A stretch of DNA of 63,298 nt, counting the filler, from Bipalium vagum (lineage: Eukaryota): NCBI GenBank assembly GCA_037834085.1. It is 3 parts of 3 records of this genome, joined end to end, with 100 filler letters (N's around TTAATTAATTAA, not from the genome) between each part and the next. Parts side by side here need not be neighbours in the genome. Positions count along the whole stretch, not along the records: positions 46,127 to 63,298 come from JBBMKC010076037.1; 2 more parts are not named here. One strand, given 5' to 3'. Of the stretch, positions 49,800-63,298 are shown piece by piece (positions within the stretch are counted from its first letter, which is position 1; the number at the start of each line of letters is the position of its first letter). The position numbers and the translations under genes were made by a program. The notes beneath the pieces are model-generated. The model did no database searches. It was not told the origin of the DNA and worked only from the letters and a program-made list of their open reading frames with translations.

Positions 49800-52690
49800 G
49801 CGGTTGTCCGCAGATAAGTTGTGTTGAATACATTTTGAAAGTGTATTCATCTGATCTGTTATTAAGCACATTTATAACGCAGACATTTAGGAAGAATGAC
49901 AATCTGGAAGAATTCATTGCAGACTGTGTGAGATTTTTCAACGCATCTAAAATAGACAAAAAGACAAGGGAAATCATGGTAAAAGCCTTACTGGACAGAG
50001 ATCTCATCGATGTTTACTAAAAATAGAAAAAGAAGTCATTGGATTCGAGGATAGATTTTGAAAAGCATTTGGGAAATCAATGACTTTAATACAAGACTTA
50101 GAAAAATCTCTTCGATACAAGAAAAGTTCAGAAAATCCTGACACATTTAGTAAGAAGATTGTAAGGATAGTCAAAAGAATCCTATCACATAATTTGAAAG
50201 AAGAAGCCCTCAAAAAAGAATTCTTGTTACATTGTGCAGAGAATGTAAATATAAAGAGAAGTTAAAAATGAGAAAAATAAAAGAATCTTCAGAAATTGTA
50301 GAAACTCTTAAGTTCTTAGATCAGGTAGACACGGAAGTTGAGACAATAAAAGTCATTAGAAGTTACAGAGGAGCAATCATTAACATACTACAGCGATTAA
50401 ACTCAATGAATAATTCATCCTTGACAGCATACTGGAACACTAAAGGAAGGAGAGCACAAGAGAATAACAGAAAAAATAAAATATTGGTCATGCAATCAAA
50501 AAGGACACATCAGCAGGGTATACCCATTGAAGAAAACCAGAAGATGTTACGCCTGTGGCAGGAAAGGACACATTACAAGATTCTTTATGGAAGTTCATTG
50601 TGGAAGATGTAACAAAATGGCAATGAAGAGAAAGATTGTTTTATGAAAATAGGATAGCAGTATGAAACAGAACCATATAAGAAATTGAACATCAGCAACT
50701 ACAATACGGACAAAAGATATTGAAACATGGGAGAAAATACTAATGCATTTAGACAGAGAAGGTATGTCAATACAATAAACATGGCACAAGATAATGAATA
50801 TGTCGGACCTACTAGAGGAATGGAAGATGAAGGTATGACAGAGAGACTCAATATCATAGGCCATCCGAATGACTCGGCCCCGACAGAGGTGGAGATAGTT
50901 GGGGCAGTCAATTAAACAGAAATGTTTACTTCTGCAGGTTTGCGGACCACATATAAGAGGGAAATGGAGATACGTTGGCAGATGGTGAAAATATGGAAGA
51001 GAAAATTGGTATAAACATGGAGAAATACATTCATGAGGAAAAAGCAGTCAGGTTTTTGAAGAAGAAAAAATAAGGAGCAAACAGAAGATTAGGGTGAAGA
51101 TCAAAGACTGATGACGATCGAAGAATACAGACTAGACGGAATATTGTTTGATAAAATGGAAGGAAGGCCAAGTGTATCATTAACAATACAAGATAAAAAT
51201 ATTAAATGACTGATAGACACTGGAGCGATGGTAAACTTTATGAACATAAAGACAGTGGAAGAATTTAGGGGGATAGATCTAGTCAGAATTGCAGAAAAAC
51301 TATGATTCGAGCTGATCCAAAATACAGTGGAGGATGAAAGCTTTCACATATGCAATATCGATGAAAAATTTGGAAGAATAGTACACAAGGATGAGAGATT
51401 TCGAAAAGCTTTGAGATCTATTAACGTTTCGGAGGGATCAAGACTTGGTGAAGTAATTACAAAAAATGCGGATTCATTTATGGCAGATAAGTGGGATGTC
51501 GGATGCACCAGTCTACTTAAAGATAAAATAGTTACAAGAGGAGACCCAACAAATGTTAAGTTATGGAAGCAACCTATGCATCTTGAAGACAAGATTAATA
51601 AAGCGATTGAAAATTTATATATGAATTACATCATCAAGAAGTGGAAATCGGTCTAGAATACAGCACAGATATGCTTGTGGAAGAAAGAAAAGTAGGACAT
51701 TAGAATACCTAGAATTTGGACGACTAAGCCTGGTAATGGAAAGACAGGCCTTCCACATGCCAAATGTAGATGACATGCTGGACAGACTTAATGAAGTCGT
51801 TTATTTTACCTCTGTCAACTTCGAACAGGCTTACCAGCAAGTAGAATTAGATGAAGATTCAAAGGAGATTCAATCGCATGCCGTTCGGAATCGCTGCAGC
51901 ACCATGTACATTCCAAGAATTGATGACCAAAATCTTGGAAGATATGAGAGGAACTGTGGTGTATCCAGATGACATTCTAATACACTCTGAAAACCTAGAA
52001 GAACACTACGAACACTTATATGAAGTGCTGGTGAGAATCGAATCAGCAGGACTACGAATAAACCCGAACAAATGCTCATTTATACAGAAAGAAATAAATG
52101 TTGAATGGTAAATAATCAGCAATGAGGATTTGAGAGTCGGTTCTACGAAAGTCGATGCTAAAAACAAATTTGAACGTCCAAAGTGTATGAAAACTTTCAG
52201 ACATTTTCCGGGTCTTTGCAACTATTATCGGCGTTTCATAAAGGGTTATGCAAACAAGGCTAGAGCATTAGAGGAACTTTGTGGACTGAACAAAGAGAAA
52301 CTAAATTGGACAAAAGCGTTCAATACAGCCTTCTCAGATATGAAAACAGCCGTTACCAATCCATAGGTGCTAGGCTACCCAGAGATACGAAAAGAATTTA
52401 TTCTAGATATGGACGCCAGCCCTGATACAAGTGGAGCAGTGCTGGCGCAGAAATACAAAGACGGAAAGGAAAGATTTATTGCATATGGATCTTTTATGCA
52501 ATGTCCGCCCATGAAAGAGGATACAGCGTTACCGGAAAGGAGCTCTTATCAATTTACTATTTCTGCAATCTTTTCAAACACTATCTATCTATATGTTAAA
52601 AGATTCATATTAAGGACAGATCACAAGGCCATTACATTCATGATCACATCAAAATAACCAATCATTCCACAGTTCCAGACTTGTTTAAAT
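49800..52690 (+). mobile_element. Ty3/Gypsy LTR retrotransposon remnant (gag-PR-RT-RNaseH, no integrase; many stops and frameshifts)
   Basis: Zinc knuckle CYACGRKGH (~50545), protease LIDTGAMVN (~51210), RT RMPFGIAAAPCTFQ and YPDDILI, GLCNYYRRFIKGYA, RNase H DASPDTSGAVLAQ and LRTDHKAI, in Gypsy domain order. Confidence 0.92.
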
Positions 52691-53432
52691 TATTTAATTA
52701 TTTTTTTTATTTCAGACATCAAAAATAAAATTGCCGTAGATAAAACTGGTTATAATTAAATTGTCTCCAGTAATAGTTAAATAAGAATTAATATAATTTA
52801 AAACCAATGAAAGAATAAAAAAGGACAGAAACATAAATTAATGAAATCAAATTAAATAAATTGAAATTGCTAAGTTTCAAATAAAAAGATAATATAATAT
52901 GAAAATGATTATTAATATTTAATTGGGTTAAGAATATCGATAGCGGCCTTTTTAGGAACCTAACATAAAATATATGCAAATTCAGAAGGATTTAGTGCGC
53001 GTACTTTCGAAGTTAAAATTTGAGTGACAATAAAACTGTTGATTACTAAACTTGAACCTTTTAAACTTTTAAATATCGATTGTAAAACCTTTTAACTTTT
53101 AAAACGATAAACTTTTAATCGATTAACTGAGTAAACAATTTGTTTTATAAAATATATTTTATATAAATCTAAAAACTTTATTTTTTAATACAATTAACCT
53201 TGAAGTTAAAACCCGAGATAAAGAGTTAAGAGAAAAGTCAGATCACCCTTCGATATCTTACTCTCAAGGGCCCTCAGTTAAAAGGGCCCTACAAGACGTG
53301 AAGAACACAAAAAAATACTGGGAAGTAAGAAAAAAAGATAACAAATATTTGATCCTAAGGAATTGGAGTAGATGTCCATTCCTTAGTATTTATTTAATTT
53401 AAATAATACTTAACTTATAATTATCATTTACA

Positions 53433-54191
53433 GGTTTATTCCCATTCTTTTCATCCACGTCTTGTTTGTCAGTTATTTCTCCTTGAAGTTCATTGTTAAA
53501 TCAATGTCATCATCACATGAAAATATCTTCTCGTTGATAAAAGTATCAAAATCTGATGCCTTCTTTTGAAAGATTGCAGGCATCTGTAAGATGCTTTGAA
53601 ATTATTAATTCTTATTTCTTTTACAAAATCAAGATCTTTTGCCTTTAATATTTCATCACAATTGATAATTTTTTTCAATATTTTATGCTAAAACAATTCA
53701 TATAAATGGTCATCAATATCATTCCTTTTTTACAAATTCGGTTTCCTTTGATAAAATAGATTATTTAAATTCAATATATTGTTGACTCACTTATTAATTG
53801 AATTGATGCATACCAAAGAGTATTTGTAATTTTCAACCAGATTTCTTTGTTGAGTCTTCGACTCACGATATTTAATAATCATTACCTTCTTGATGTCTAT
53901 AGTCATCTGTTGCCCTTCCTTTTAGTATTTTTCATCAAATGATAAAAATATTTAAATTTAAGATATTTTTGTATTTTCAAAATGCTCAAGTTAAATAAAC
54001 AAATTTTAAAAGTTTATATAGGAAATACAAATAATTTTTAAAATCTTATGTTTATTTTCAAAGTTACACAATGTTCAAGTTTAAAGATACAAAATTTATA
54101 GTAATTTAGATCAATGTTCACAAACAAATAAATTTTGTTCAATTAAAAAATGTTCATGTTAAATAGTGTCCAAGTACAGCAGGTCGAGTTG
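53433..54191 (-). mobile_element. Tigger/pogo 5' remnant
   Basis: NFKASYRCLQSFKRRH (CENP-B-type FKASxGWLxRFKxRH). The terminus on the minus strand reads TA|caactcgacctg. Confidence 0.65.
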
Positions 54192-54784
54192 TATTTCTCA
54201 GTTTTCTTTTCACCTCTAGATATCATCTATCTTTTTTGTCATCTAAATATTTTTTCTCGTTTCGTTTCAGTGATTCTTGATTTTTAGTATGATCCAATTT
54301 CAGAGTCGTCTCTAATAATCTGAATTTTTGAAAAAGAAATGCTATCCAAACCATTTATTTCAGATAATTAAAATAATATTTGAGTTGTCGGAAATCGTCG
54401 AAAATAATTTCCAGATCATAAAAGCATTTTTTAAGGATAATGGAAATTATTTGATTTTGTTATATTTAATTATTATTATTATTATCATTATCATCATGTC
54501 AAAGGACAATATCATCTCTAATTCACTGAAGTCTTTGAGCGGAACATCATGGAAACCTACCATATGCGGAACGGAGATAAAAGTTATCAGAAAGAAACAA
54601 CTTCCATGTATCCAATTCCTAAATCCAATTCAAAGGAAATAAATGTGATAATATTTGTCAATTATTTAACGAAAAACCCAAATCAAATAATACAAAATAA
54701 AAAAGTAAAGTACAATTGTTACTCGGTCTATTAGCATTTTAGAATGCTGGCATGCAGCGCCACACAATCGGAGAAGGCATGCCA

Positions 54785-54828
54785 CCAATGGCAGCCAATG
54801 CGTGCGTGCTTGAGATTGTCATGGCAAC
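54785..54828 (+). promoter_or_regulatory. Two CCAAT boxes and an RFX X-box-like motif (ATTGTCATGGCAAC, 54815-54828) upstream of the gene at 54959
   Basis: 12/14 match to the palindromic X-box GTTGCCATGGCAAC, in a locally GC-rich island ~130 nt upstream of the ATG. CCAAT at 54785 and 54795. Confidence 0.55.
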
Positions 54829-54958
54829 TGCAGAATAATCAATAATTTAATTGAAAATTAATTTTCTGTTTTTTCAGATTATTTTGCTGAAAAATATCAC
54901 GGAAAATAAAATTTGAAAATTCTCATCAATTTTTCAAACCACAAAAACACGATCTTGT

Positions 54959-56078
54959 ATGGAGACTGAGAGTGAAACCATAGACGATTTTACTCAATTT
55001 AGCGATGTCAAATGTGGGAAACCTGATATTTCTGCCGATGACAATTGCTTACTGTCCAGCATTCCGATTTCCAGAGTCGTTCATATTAAAGTCGTCGAGT
55101 CCGATAACGATGGTACTGGTAAGTCATCGGATGACAAGTCTTTAATCGAAGAAAAGGATCTGTCTGAAGATGTTATGGTGGAAATCTCAAAAAAAACAAC
55201 GATAAAAAAAATCATCTCTACACGAACTTCGATAAATGGAATTCCTCAAGAGGGAGAGACTGAGGAATTTATTATTAAAAATTCCGTAACGCATGACAAC
55301 AAGCAAGAATCATCGAAGTCTCCGAAAACCAGAAGTCCGAGAAAGAATTTCGACGAAACTGATAATATTTCCCATTTTGGAAAAACCGGGATCCAGTCTC
55401 ATTATTCTGATAAATTAAAACACAAAAATGATTATTTAAACAAAAAATTTAAAGGTAATGTAAATATTGAGCGTACTCCAAAATCGAATAATGAAATCAA
55501 GGTTGGAATGTCAGAAGAAATGCTATCCAAAAATATAAACCCTACCTTTGAAAGTAATTCACTCAACGAATACGATAAGCATTCCAAAATCCACGGTAGG
55601 AGGACGGGTCAGAGAGTCCTTCTTCGAAAGAAGTCATACTCGGGAAAAGAGAACGGAGAAAGTACAAAAGATCGAACAAAGGAGATTGAGTTAAATAAGT
55701 TTGACCAGGAATTGAAAAGAAAAAGAAATCCTGGACAAAAAGATCACGAATTTTTAGATCATGATACCAAAAACATTGTCGACGTGAGATTTTTGAAAGG
55801 AAACGGAAAATATAAAGATGAACATTATAATGAAAATTCTAAGAATCACTCATACAAACAAAAGTCAAATGAAATCAATAAAGATTTATCACAAAAACCA
55901 GGTCGACCGAAATTGAAACATCATACATTCGGTAATCACATAAAATGGGTGGATCCATTAAAGTCCTTACATCTGAAGTATGACTTGAAAAATAATGGTA
56001 GAGTCTCGAAACACAGTTTGCATCAAAAAAACCAATCTATATTTGTAAGATTTATTATTAATTATTTATTTCTCATTA

Positions 56079-56127
<49 letters not shown>

Positions 56128-59100
56128 CATATTTATTTATATAATTCTTCATGGATAAATGTTTGAATAGAAATTCTATAACTTGAAAATAGAATAAATT
56201 AAGAAAAAATATATAACAATCATTTTTTTATTTTATATATAATATTTATATAAAATAATATTTTATTATTATTTTATCATTATTATTTTATTATAATTAT
56301 TATTAATATCCTAGAACCAATAATATTGAAAAATATTTAAAATGCGAATCATCAGATGAAACTTATTTCTTACTGATTTTTGAATAGATATGTTCCATAT
56401 GTAATGATCCATAAATGTAATTAAAATTCATCTCAGTAATGGCAAGACAGATCAGATTCAATTTTTATGATAATCTCTCACACAAATAACAATGAAAATA
56501 TTCTTTATCATGATGCTTGATCACATATTTTTTATTAATAATGATTAGCTTTATTATTCATTCTTATTTTATTTTATGTTTCTTCAGTGTAAATACTCTT
56601 ATCAGACCTCACGTTTTAATAATTAATAATAATATTATATTGTATATAATTAAATATTATATTTTCCAAAACGTTTTCAACATTAAATACAAACAAACTT
56701 AGATGAGTAAATTTTTTTATTCAAAGGAATAGAAGAAAAAAATAAAAATCATATGCAATTGTTTACATTTCAAAACAGTTTATAGTCTGGTTCCGCGGTT
56801 CTCAATTCCATACCCTTGGTATTATTAGCTTAGGAATTTGTTTAAGTAGTTTAACATAGATTAGTATATTCGCGTGTAGTTTAAAACCAGCTTGAATTTT
56901 AGATTAGGAGAATTATTAATATCAATAAAACCCATAATATAAACATACTTAACAATTTTATATAATAACATATTTAATTTTATTGTAACCTAAACAAAAA
57001 TTTTGAATTCATCTTCTAAAAATGAATATATCTTCTCTCTAATAATAACTTAAGATTTGATCCACGAAATAAGAGATTTAATAAAGGAATTATTAATTTT
57101 ATTTCTTTGACTTTTTTGACAAAATTTTTCCTAATTGTTATATATATAATATTAATAATATTATTAATTATTATTATATAATAATATCATTATTATTATT
57201 ATATATAATTTTATTATCTTTATTATTAATTTTATCATCTAAGAAGTTTTCCTATGCATTATTAAAAATAATAATAAAATTTCTGAAACAATTGACTCTC
57301 CTTTATCTATGGTATGATTTAAATAAAAGATTTATTTTTAAATCTTTTGAATTTAGGTTTCAGAGGCCCTTTAAGGTTCAGAAATGAAAACTTAATTATT
57401 TGTGAAAATTCAATTAATTTTCAAAATTAATTTTACTTTTTCAGTGTACGAAATTTTTTATTAAATGTCATTTATTTTATATTCAAAGTTGATAAAATTT
57501 CTGTTAAAAGTTGAGATTAAATTAAAATTAGAAAAAATTAAAAAGAAAAAATTCATTTTTTGATAATTAAATATTAATATAAAAATCAGTATATTTAACA
57601 AGTAATTATCATATTAATTAAATGATTTATTAAACGATAATGATATTGATTAATATTTATTAACTTATAATAATATTGATTAATGTTTATTAACTTATAA
57701 TACTATTGATTAATGTTAGTTAAATGATTTATGAAATATAATGATATTGATCAATGTTTTATTTTATCTATTTCAATTTTATTTAATAATGCTAAACCAA
57801 GAAAATGCATTAACGATTTCAAGTTACGGGAAATAAATTAATAATTTTAAAAATATCACCGATATTCAGAAATTTTAAACAAAAATAAGTATTCAAAAAT
57901 GTTTAAAAATTCACAAGTTCTTTAGATTCACAAGTTTATTTTGAAAATAAAAAAAATTGTAACTCTTTTCTATGATAATTAGCTAAATACTCATATTATA
58001 AAATTATATTAGACATCAGATCCTAATAATAATAATATAAATGATGCCATTACCAAAGGAAATCAGAAGCCAAGATCAGTGAGCAGCACCAACGATACCA
58101 AGAGTAAAAATCAGCTTCACAAAGATATCAAAGAATATATTATTCGCGGGAATATAAAAGAAGATGTCTTTCGAGCCAGGTTCGTATTCATACGAAATTC
58201 TTTTATGAGAAAATTTTATTACTGCAAATATATGTTGATTAACACATTCAGTAAACAGTTTTATTATCTTCCCTGGTTTATCAGCTCCACTCTCAATGAG
58301 AGCTAATTTATTTGAATTATTAAATTATTTTGAGTGCATAAATCTTTTAAATAACATAAATAAAAAATAATATAAAAACATTAATGAAGAAAGTGGAACC
58401 ATCATTTTTAATTGGCCATTATAAAAATTGGTCAATTATGTTAGCGTTTCCTTTTTTTCAGTATAAAACCAACGAATTAATAAATTGAATGACAGAAATC
58501 GATGTTCTGAAACGGAGATTGAATTGTGAAAGTTGCAATATGCTTATGTTTCTGAAGACAAAACGAAATAAAGATGGGCTTGGTTGGAGATACTACAAAA
58601 AATACTGCAAAAAATAAATTCTTGTTATCAATAAGAGAAGGATCATTGATAAAATTAACGGAACTGACAAATGGTCAATTAAAAATGATATTGAAATAAA
58701 GTAGAAGACGTACTGCGGAATAAAGTTAAGCTGCATTATCAAACAAGTCCCATTAGCCTATGCTGACCTGGTGAAATTGCTCAAATCAATGAAACAATGC
58801 TTAACCATTCAGGAAGTATAATTCATACTGATGAAGCACAGGGTTACAAAAAATGGTCAATTAAAAATGATGGTGCAGAAATTGAAACAATCTGATATAA
58901 TTATTGGATTTGAATTAAATTAAAATGGCTTGATATGTTAGGGGCATCAAAATGATTCCGTTTAATTATTTATATTTATACTGTAATAATATTGATAATA
59001 TTAAAAAGTACTAAAACAACAAATATCAAGGCATATAAAAATTTGACTTAGAATTTTAAATGTCTTTTGAAAGTTTAATTATATTTACATTATTTAATGT

Positions 59101-62100
59101 TAAATGTGTTTAGAACCCGAAATTTAATAATAATTAATAGTTTTGCGGCAAGCAATAATTAAGATAAAAGTAAGCAATTTTCTTAAAACATCAAGTATGT
59201 GTAATCTTCTTTAATTGTTCAATTAAAAAATTAATGACAAAGGGCAAACCATTTTGTTTCAATCATCATTGTTTCTTTCAAATCTTAAATGGTCTTAAAC
59301 ATTTTTAATTATTATTGAATTTTAACAACTTTTGGGTTTTATAATAAATAATATATAATCAATTATATTGTTATAATCATAATCATATTATTATAATCAA
59401 TATATTAAATTAGTCTTTATAAAAATATTTAATTTGAAGTTGAAAACAATTTTAATTATTATTTTATCATAAACCATGTAAAATTTTATTTATAAATGAT
59501 TTTTACAATATATAATATGTAAAATAAATCATTTCACGAGACTTAATTTCAAAGTCATAAAATGAATATTTAAATCCTACAAATATTAATTTAATATAAA
59601 ATTAAAACAATTAAAATAATTATAATAAAATAATTATAATAATTATTATAATAATTATAATAATTCAGTTAAATTTAATGGTATTTCACTTTCAATATTA
59701 AATATAATAATATAGAATTTTAAGGTAATCAATAATTTAATAATTACGTTTTGTAAAAAAATTAAATTAATAATTTTTAAGGTAATCAATAATTAAATAA
59801 TTAAGTTTTATAAAAAAAATAATTTAATAATTTTTTGAATCATTTTTTTAAAAAAATTGTTATTTTTAATTTGACCATCCAATCTGCCATTGAAAATACA
59901 GGAAATTCTAAATATGTCACTTACTACATATCAATTTTGAATTGGATATGGATATGCAGGTTTAAGTTTATAAGAGTTAAGATTAGGGTTTAGAGTTAGC
60001 TGTTATTGTTAGGGATACCAAAAGTAAACTGTCTTTCTTAGTTAGTGATCAGAAACAAGAGGAACAAGAAAACTAAGTGCTTGCTATCGAAATAAAATTG
60101 ATCTCATTATTACTAACCAATCAAGCGGTAATACAGTGGAAGCTCAACCATGAGAGAGCTGGACAAGCTAAACAGCTCCTGTCATCTTTCAATAATCAAT
60201 TTAATATCGATTCATTTTTGACAGCAATAATTACAACACTGTACTTTTCAAAAAAATGCATATTTGATTTTAAAAAACATTTTTTATTTACTGAGTGTAA
60301 CCTCACATTTGAAATTTTTAGCATTTAATTATATTTTTTCAAAAAAATGTTAACCTTCCGTAATAATTTCCCTTTTTATGCATTTCGGAAGAAATCCAAC
60401 CATAGGTCAAAAATATGCTGCACAATCATTAGCAGTAATTAATTTTCAATTAATTCAAATAGGCGCTGTTTTTATCTGGTCTTTCTCGTCGGACGCATTG
60501 TTTCTATGTGGAAAACATGTTCTCAATAGGATTGAGGAACGGGGAATATGGAGGTAAAAGTTGAAGAATAGGGCACTTTTTCTCAATCTACTAACTGACA
60601 ACTTTATATTTATGGAATGGCACATTATCCATAATAATTATTGATTTGCCGGTTCTCTCTTTTTCAATATTTCCATTAGGGAGGAAATGAAAGCAGTAGT
60701 TGGAATTGTAAGCGGTTGTCTGCGCATTATATTTAGTAATGCCAAGTTTGGTAATCCCACAGCACATTGATATATTTGTGGAACTTAATCCAAGCACGTT
60801 GATAATAAATGAAAGAAATCATTAGCATATTTTTCGCAGTCATCTAAAAATTTTTGATCATTTCTCATTGTAGGTATTAAGACCGTTCTTTTCATCGTGT
60901 AGTGGAATGATTTGATATATCTGTGAATTGTCATAATGCTGACGTCAACATTGAAATCATTCTTCAATTTTTGGCGAATGTCATCCAAAGTTATTGAACT
61001 ATTTGAATCTATGTATTTATGTATCGATTCAACATGATTATTCTCAATTATTCTCTTTCTGTGAACCCCCTTTTAAATTTCGAGTGACTCTTCAGAAATA
61101 TATATCTAAAATGTTATACAATTATATATACATGTAAAAATAAAATCATGGATAAAAAAGACCGTTATAATTGAATAGATCGAAGATATATTTACGCTCA
61201 TTATTTCTGCGATTTTCTTTTCTGAATGCTCATTATCATAGACCTCTATGATTCTTCTTCGCATTTCTTTGTTTATCATTTTTGTGTTTTAAATTTGTGT
61301 TTGTATTTGTATAAAAAATATATTTTTATATCAAATATAAAAAATGTGAAAAAAAATGTTAAATATTTGAAATGTGAGGCTCAGCCCTGTATTTGTTTAA
61401 AATAACATTACATCATGAGTTTACTTGACCAAAAATTTATATCTTGTGTTAATTTTGACCAATGTCCTCAAGAAAAAAATATGACTCACTTCTTTGAATA
61501 TCGGATTCATGATAGGGAAAAATAAACAATAAAAACCTATGTAATTTAAATCTGTTATTTTGACTTTAAAAATCGTTTTTTTAACAGATCTCCTCAGCAA
61601 CAGAACAAAAATAATTATCAGAATCATTTAACTCAAACTGAACCTGAATTGCCCAACAAAAAACTTCAAATGCGATCATTCAGTTCTTTAAATAATATAA
61701 ATGAAAACAATCACAAATCCAAGACCACCTTATCGGAAAATCAAGATGACAGTCTTTCGTTAAAAGTATCTCAAATTCTCGACAAGTTTGACGTAATTGA
61801 ACAAGAAATTGATTTAAGTTTTGATAAGTAAGAAATATTTCTATTCTTCATTAATATTAATATTAATATTATTATTATTATTATTATTATTATTTTTGTT
61901 ATTGTTATTATTGTTATTATTAGTAGTATTAGTAGTGGTAGTAGTGGTAGTATTATTATTATTATTAAAAAAAAATTTTTTTATTATTACAATGGAGTTC
62001 TGCTATTGTGGCCTCGTATAACCCGTATACTTATTTGACCGGTACAGCTTTTATAGTCCCAATTTTTAATAAGTTAATTATTCGGCTAATCCGGAACGAA

Positions 62101-62871
62101 AATTTAAAAATTTTAATCCGGATAAAAATTGTTTTAATAAAGTAAGTCGACAGAATATTATTTAAAATTAAAAGTAATAAAATGGTTATATTATTAATTA
62201 ACACTATTAATAGTTTTATACTGTTAATTTTAGTTTAGTTGGTTACATAATTTAAATAAAAATTTGGATTATCCAAACTCCACGCTATGAAAATGACATT
62301 TTTGAAACATAAATTAATTACAATTTTTTTGTATAACATTGCATCTACAGCCAGGTCTTATAAAGACTGGTGTGAGTCTATAATAAAAATAGTTTCTTTT
62401 CAATTTCTAAGTTTATTAAATCGCTTTGTTATATCGATCATCCTGATCTCACAACCTTTTATGAGATCACTTAAAAAATATTTTCAAAACAGTACTTCAT
62501 CATATCATTTCATTAGAGAAGTATTGTGATATAAAATTTATATACTTATAATATGATTCTGTTGTGCATTTTAGCAAGTATTGAATGTAATAAATCTTCA
62601 AGTTAGTCGGAGAAGTCAAGATCAAAGGTTGCAGTTCAAAGAATTGATTTTCTTGTATGCTTTATGATCATAAAATTTAATGTCTTCATATTTGAACTGT
62701 AAAACTTGAGAAAGTCTAAACCTTTAAGTTACTGGTTCCGGAATGATGTCTCGTTCCTTTAATTACTGTCAATGATATATATTTTTGGAAATTATTTTAT
62801 AATATCAAAATACTATTTGTTAACACTTAACATTTTTATTTGTAGTAATAGCTCACATAGTCAGATATCTG
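54959..62871 (+). CDS. Large multi-exon, intrinsically disordered (K/S/N/E-rich) protein of unknown function; exons 54959-56044, 58013-58179, 61588-61827, probable micro-exon 62846-62871, possibly continuing from 62998
   Basis: The 362-codon first exon ends TTT|gtaag. The downstream exons have AG/GT borders with compatible phases (0,2,2,1) and stay open. The poly-Leu tail of the 399-aa ORF is intronic (ATT)n. Confidence 0.65.
56080..56125. repeat. (ATT)n microsatellite
   Basis: Directly visible; similar tracts at 61860-61965 and (AAT)n at 63230-63298. Confidence 0.9.
57620..57760. repeat. AT-rich ~30-bp minisatellite
   Basis: Repeated ataat(a/g)atattgattaat(a/g)tttattaactt units. Confidence 0.7.
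58395..58876 (+). mobile_element. Internally deleted Merlin (IS1016/IS1595-like) DNA transposon
   Basis: TIRs ggaaccatcatttttaattggccatt and aatggtcaattaaaaatgatggtgc. Coding relics CESCNMLM...KDGLGWR...SIREGS (zinc ribbon), PGEIAQINETML (cf. GPGKIVQIDES) and SGSIIHTDEAQGY (cf. PGSIIHTDEWRAY). Confidence 0.72.
60291..61389 (-). mobile_element. Decayed IS630-like DD34E element in an intron
   Basis: The minus-strand end TA|cagggctgagcctcacatttcaaatattt matches the degenerate ...cctcacatttgaaatttt at ~60301. Motifs VSIMTIHRYIKSFHYTMKR, IIIMDNVPFHK and LLPPYSPFLNPIEN (D-34-E). Confidence 0.82.
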
Positions 62872-63229
62872 GTGAGTACTAATCTCTGTTATATATGCTA
62901 ATCATTCTTGAGAATAAAGCTGGATGTTGTCATTGTGATCAGTATCTAAATTATGGTCTTTTGTTTTTTTGCCGTGTGATATCCTTGTGCAGTTTAGAAA
63001 ACAGCTTACATTACGAAATATATGAGAAAACTGAGAGTAAGGGAGATCGTTGGATTTTGGACAAAACAAGAAAATTACTAATAGAACTATATATATAGAA
63101 TTAGAGTTTTATATTTTAGCACTATTACATCATGGAATTCATACAATAAACTTAGATTAAATAAAATGATTATTTTATATTTTTGTCTTAATTTATTCTA
63201 TTTTCAAGTTATTGAATTTCTATTTAAAC

Positions 63230-63298
<69 letters not shown>

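Noticed and set aside
54328-54734. Short ORFs upstream of the 54959 gene
   Set aside because: No recognisable motifs, include microsatellite-derived poly-Ile, and no convincing splice link.
56045-56158. Poly-Leu 'transmembrane' tail of the 399-aa ORF (similarly ORF 61821-62021)
   Set aside because: Read-through past a strong gtaag donor into an intronic (ATT)n microsatellite.
59960-60000. Degenerate TTAGGG-like run (also taaccctaac at ~42308)
   Set aside because: Only one perfect unit; no telomeric array or telomerase-RNA context.
1-63298. Prokaryotic-type systems (CRISPR, operons), tRNA/rRNA genes, hammerhead cores
   Set aside because: No repeat-spacer arrays, cloverleafs, rRNA motifs or correctly flanked CTGATGA/GAAA cores were seen by eye; the sequence is intron-containing eukaryotic DNA.

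Overview
Very AT-rich eukaryotic (animal) genomic DNA with short (41-56 nt) GT-AG introns and many (AAT)n microsatellites. It is most consistent with a flatworm or planarian-like genome; this is an inference from the Sm28-type 'ES' sigma GSTs, the intron sizes and the repeat content. The window is three contigs joined by artificial 100-nt spacers (44N+TTAATTAATTAA+44N at 28885-28984 and 46027-46126), so linkage across the spacers is unproven. Host genes reconstructed by hand: a stomatin/MEC-2-like gene (5 exons, 3' part missing at the first spacer), SNF8/VPS22 (ESCRT-II), three 4-exon sigma-class GSTs with identical intron positions, RYBP/YAF2, an intact orphan helix-turn-helix gene, an orphan four-TM small protein, and a large multi-exon disordered-protein gene with an RFX X-box-like/CCAAT promoter. 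The rest is a transposon graveyard: many mariner, Tc1, IS630-like DD34E, Tigger/pogo, Merlin and Gypsy remnants, including a three-layer nest. The most interesting unexplained items are a duplicated, covarying structured element in a stomatin intron, the intact HTH gene, the X-box-linked orphan gene and the 4TM orphan. No clearly new multi-gene system can be demonstrated from sequence alone.
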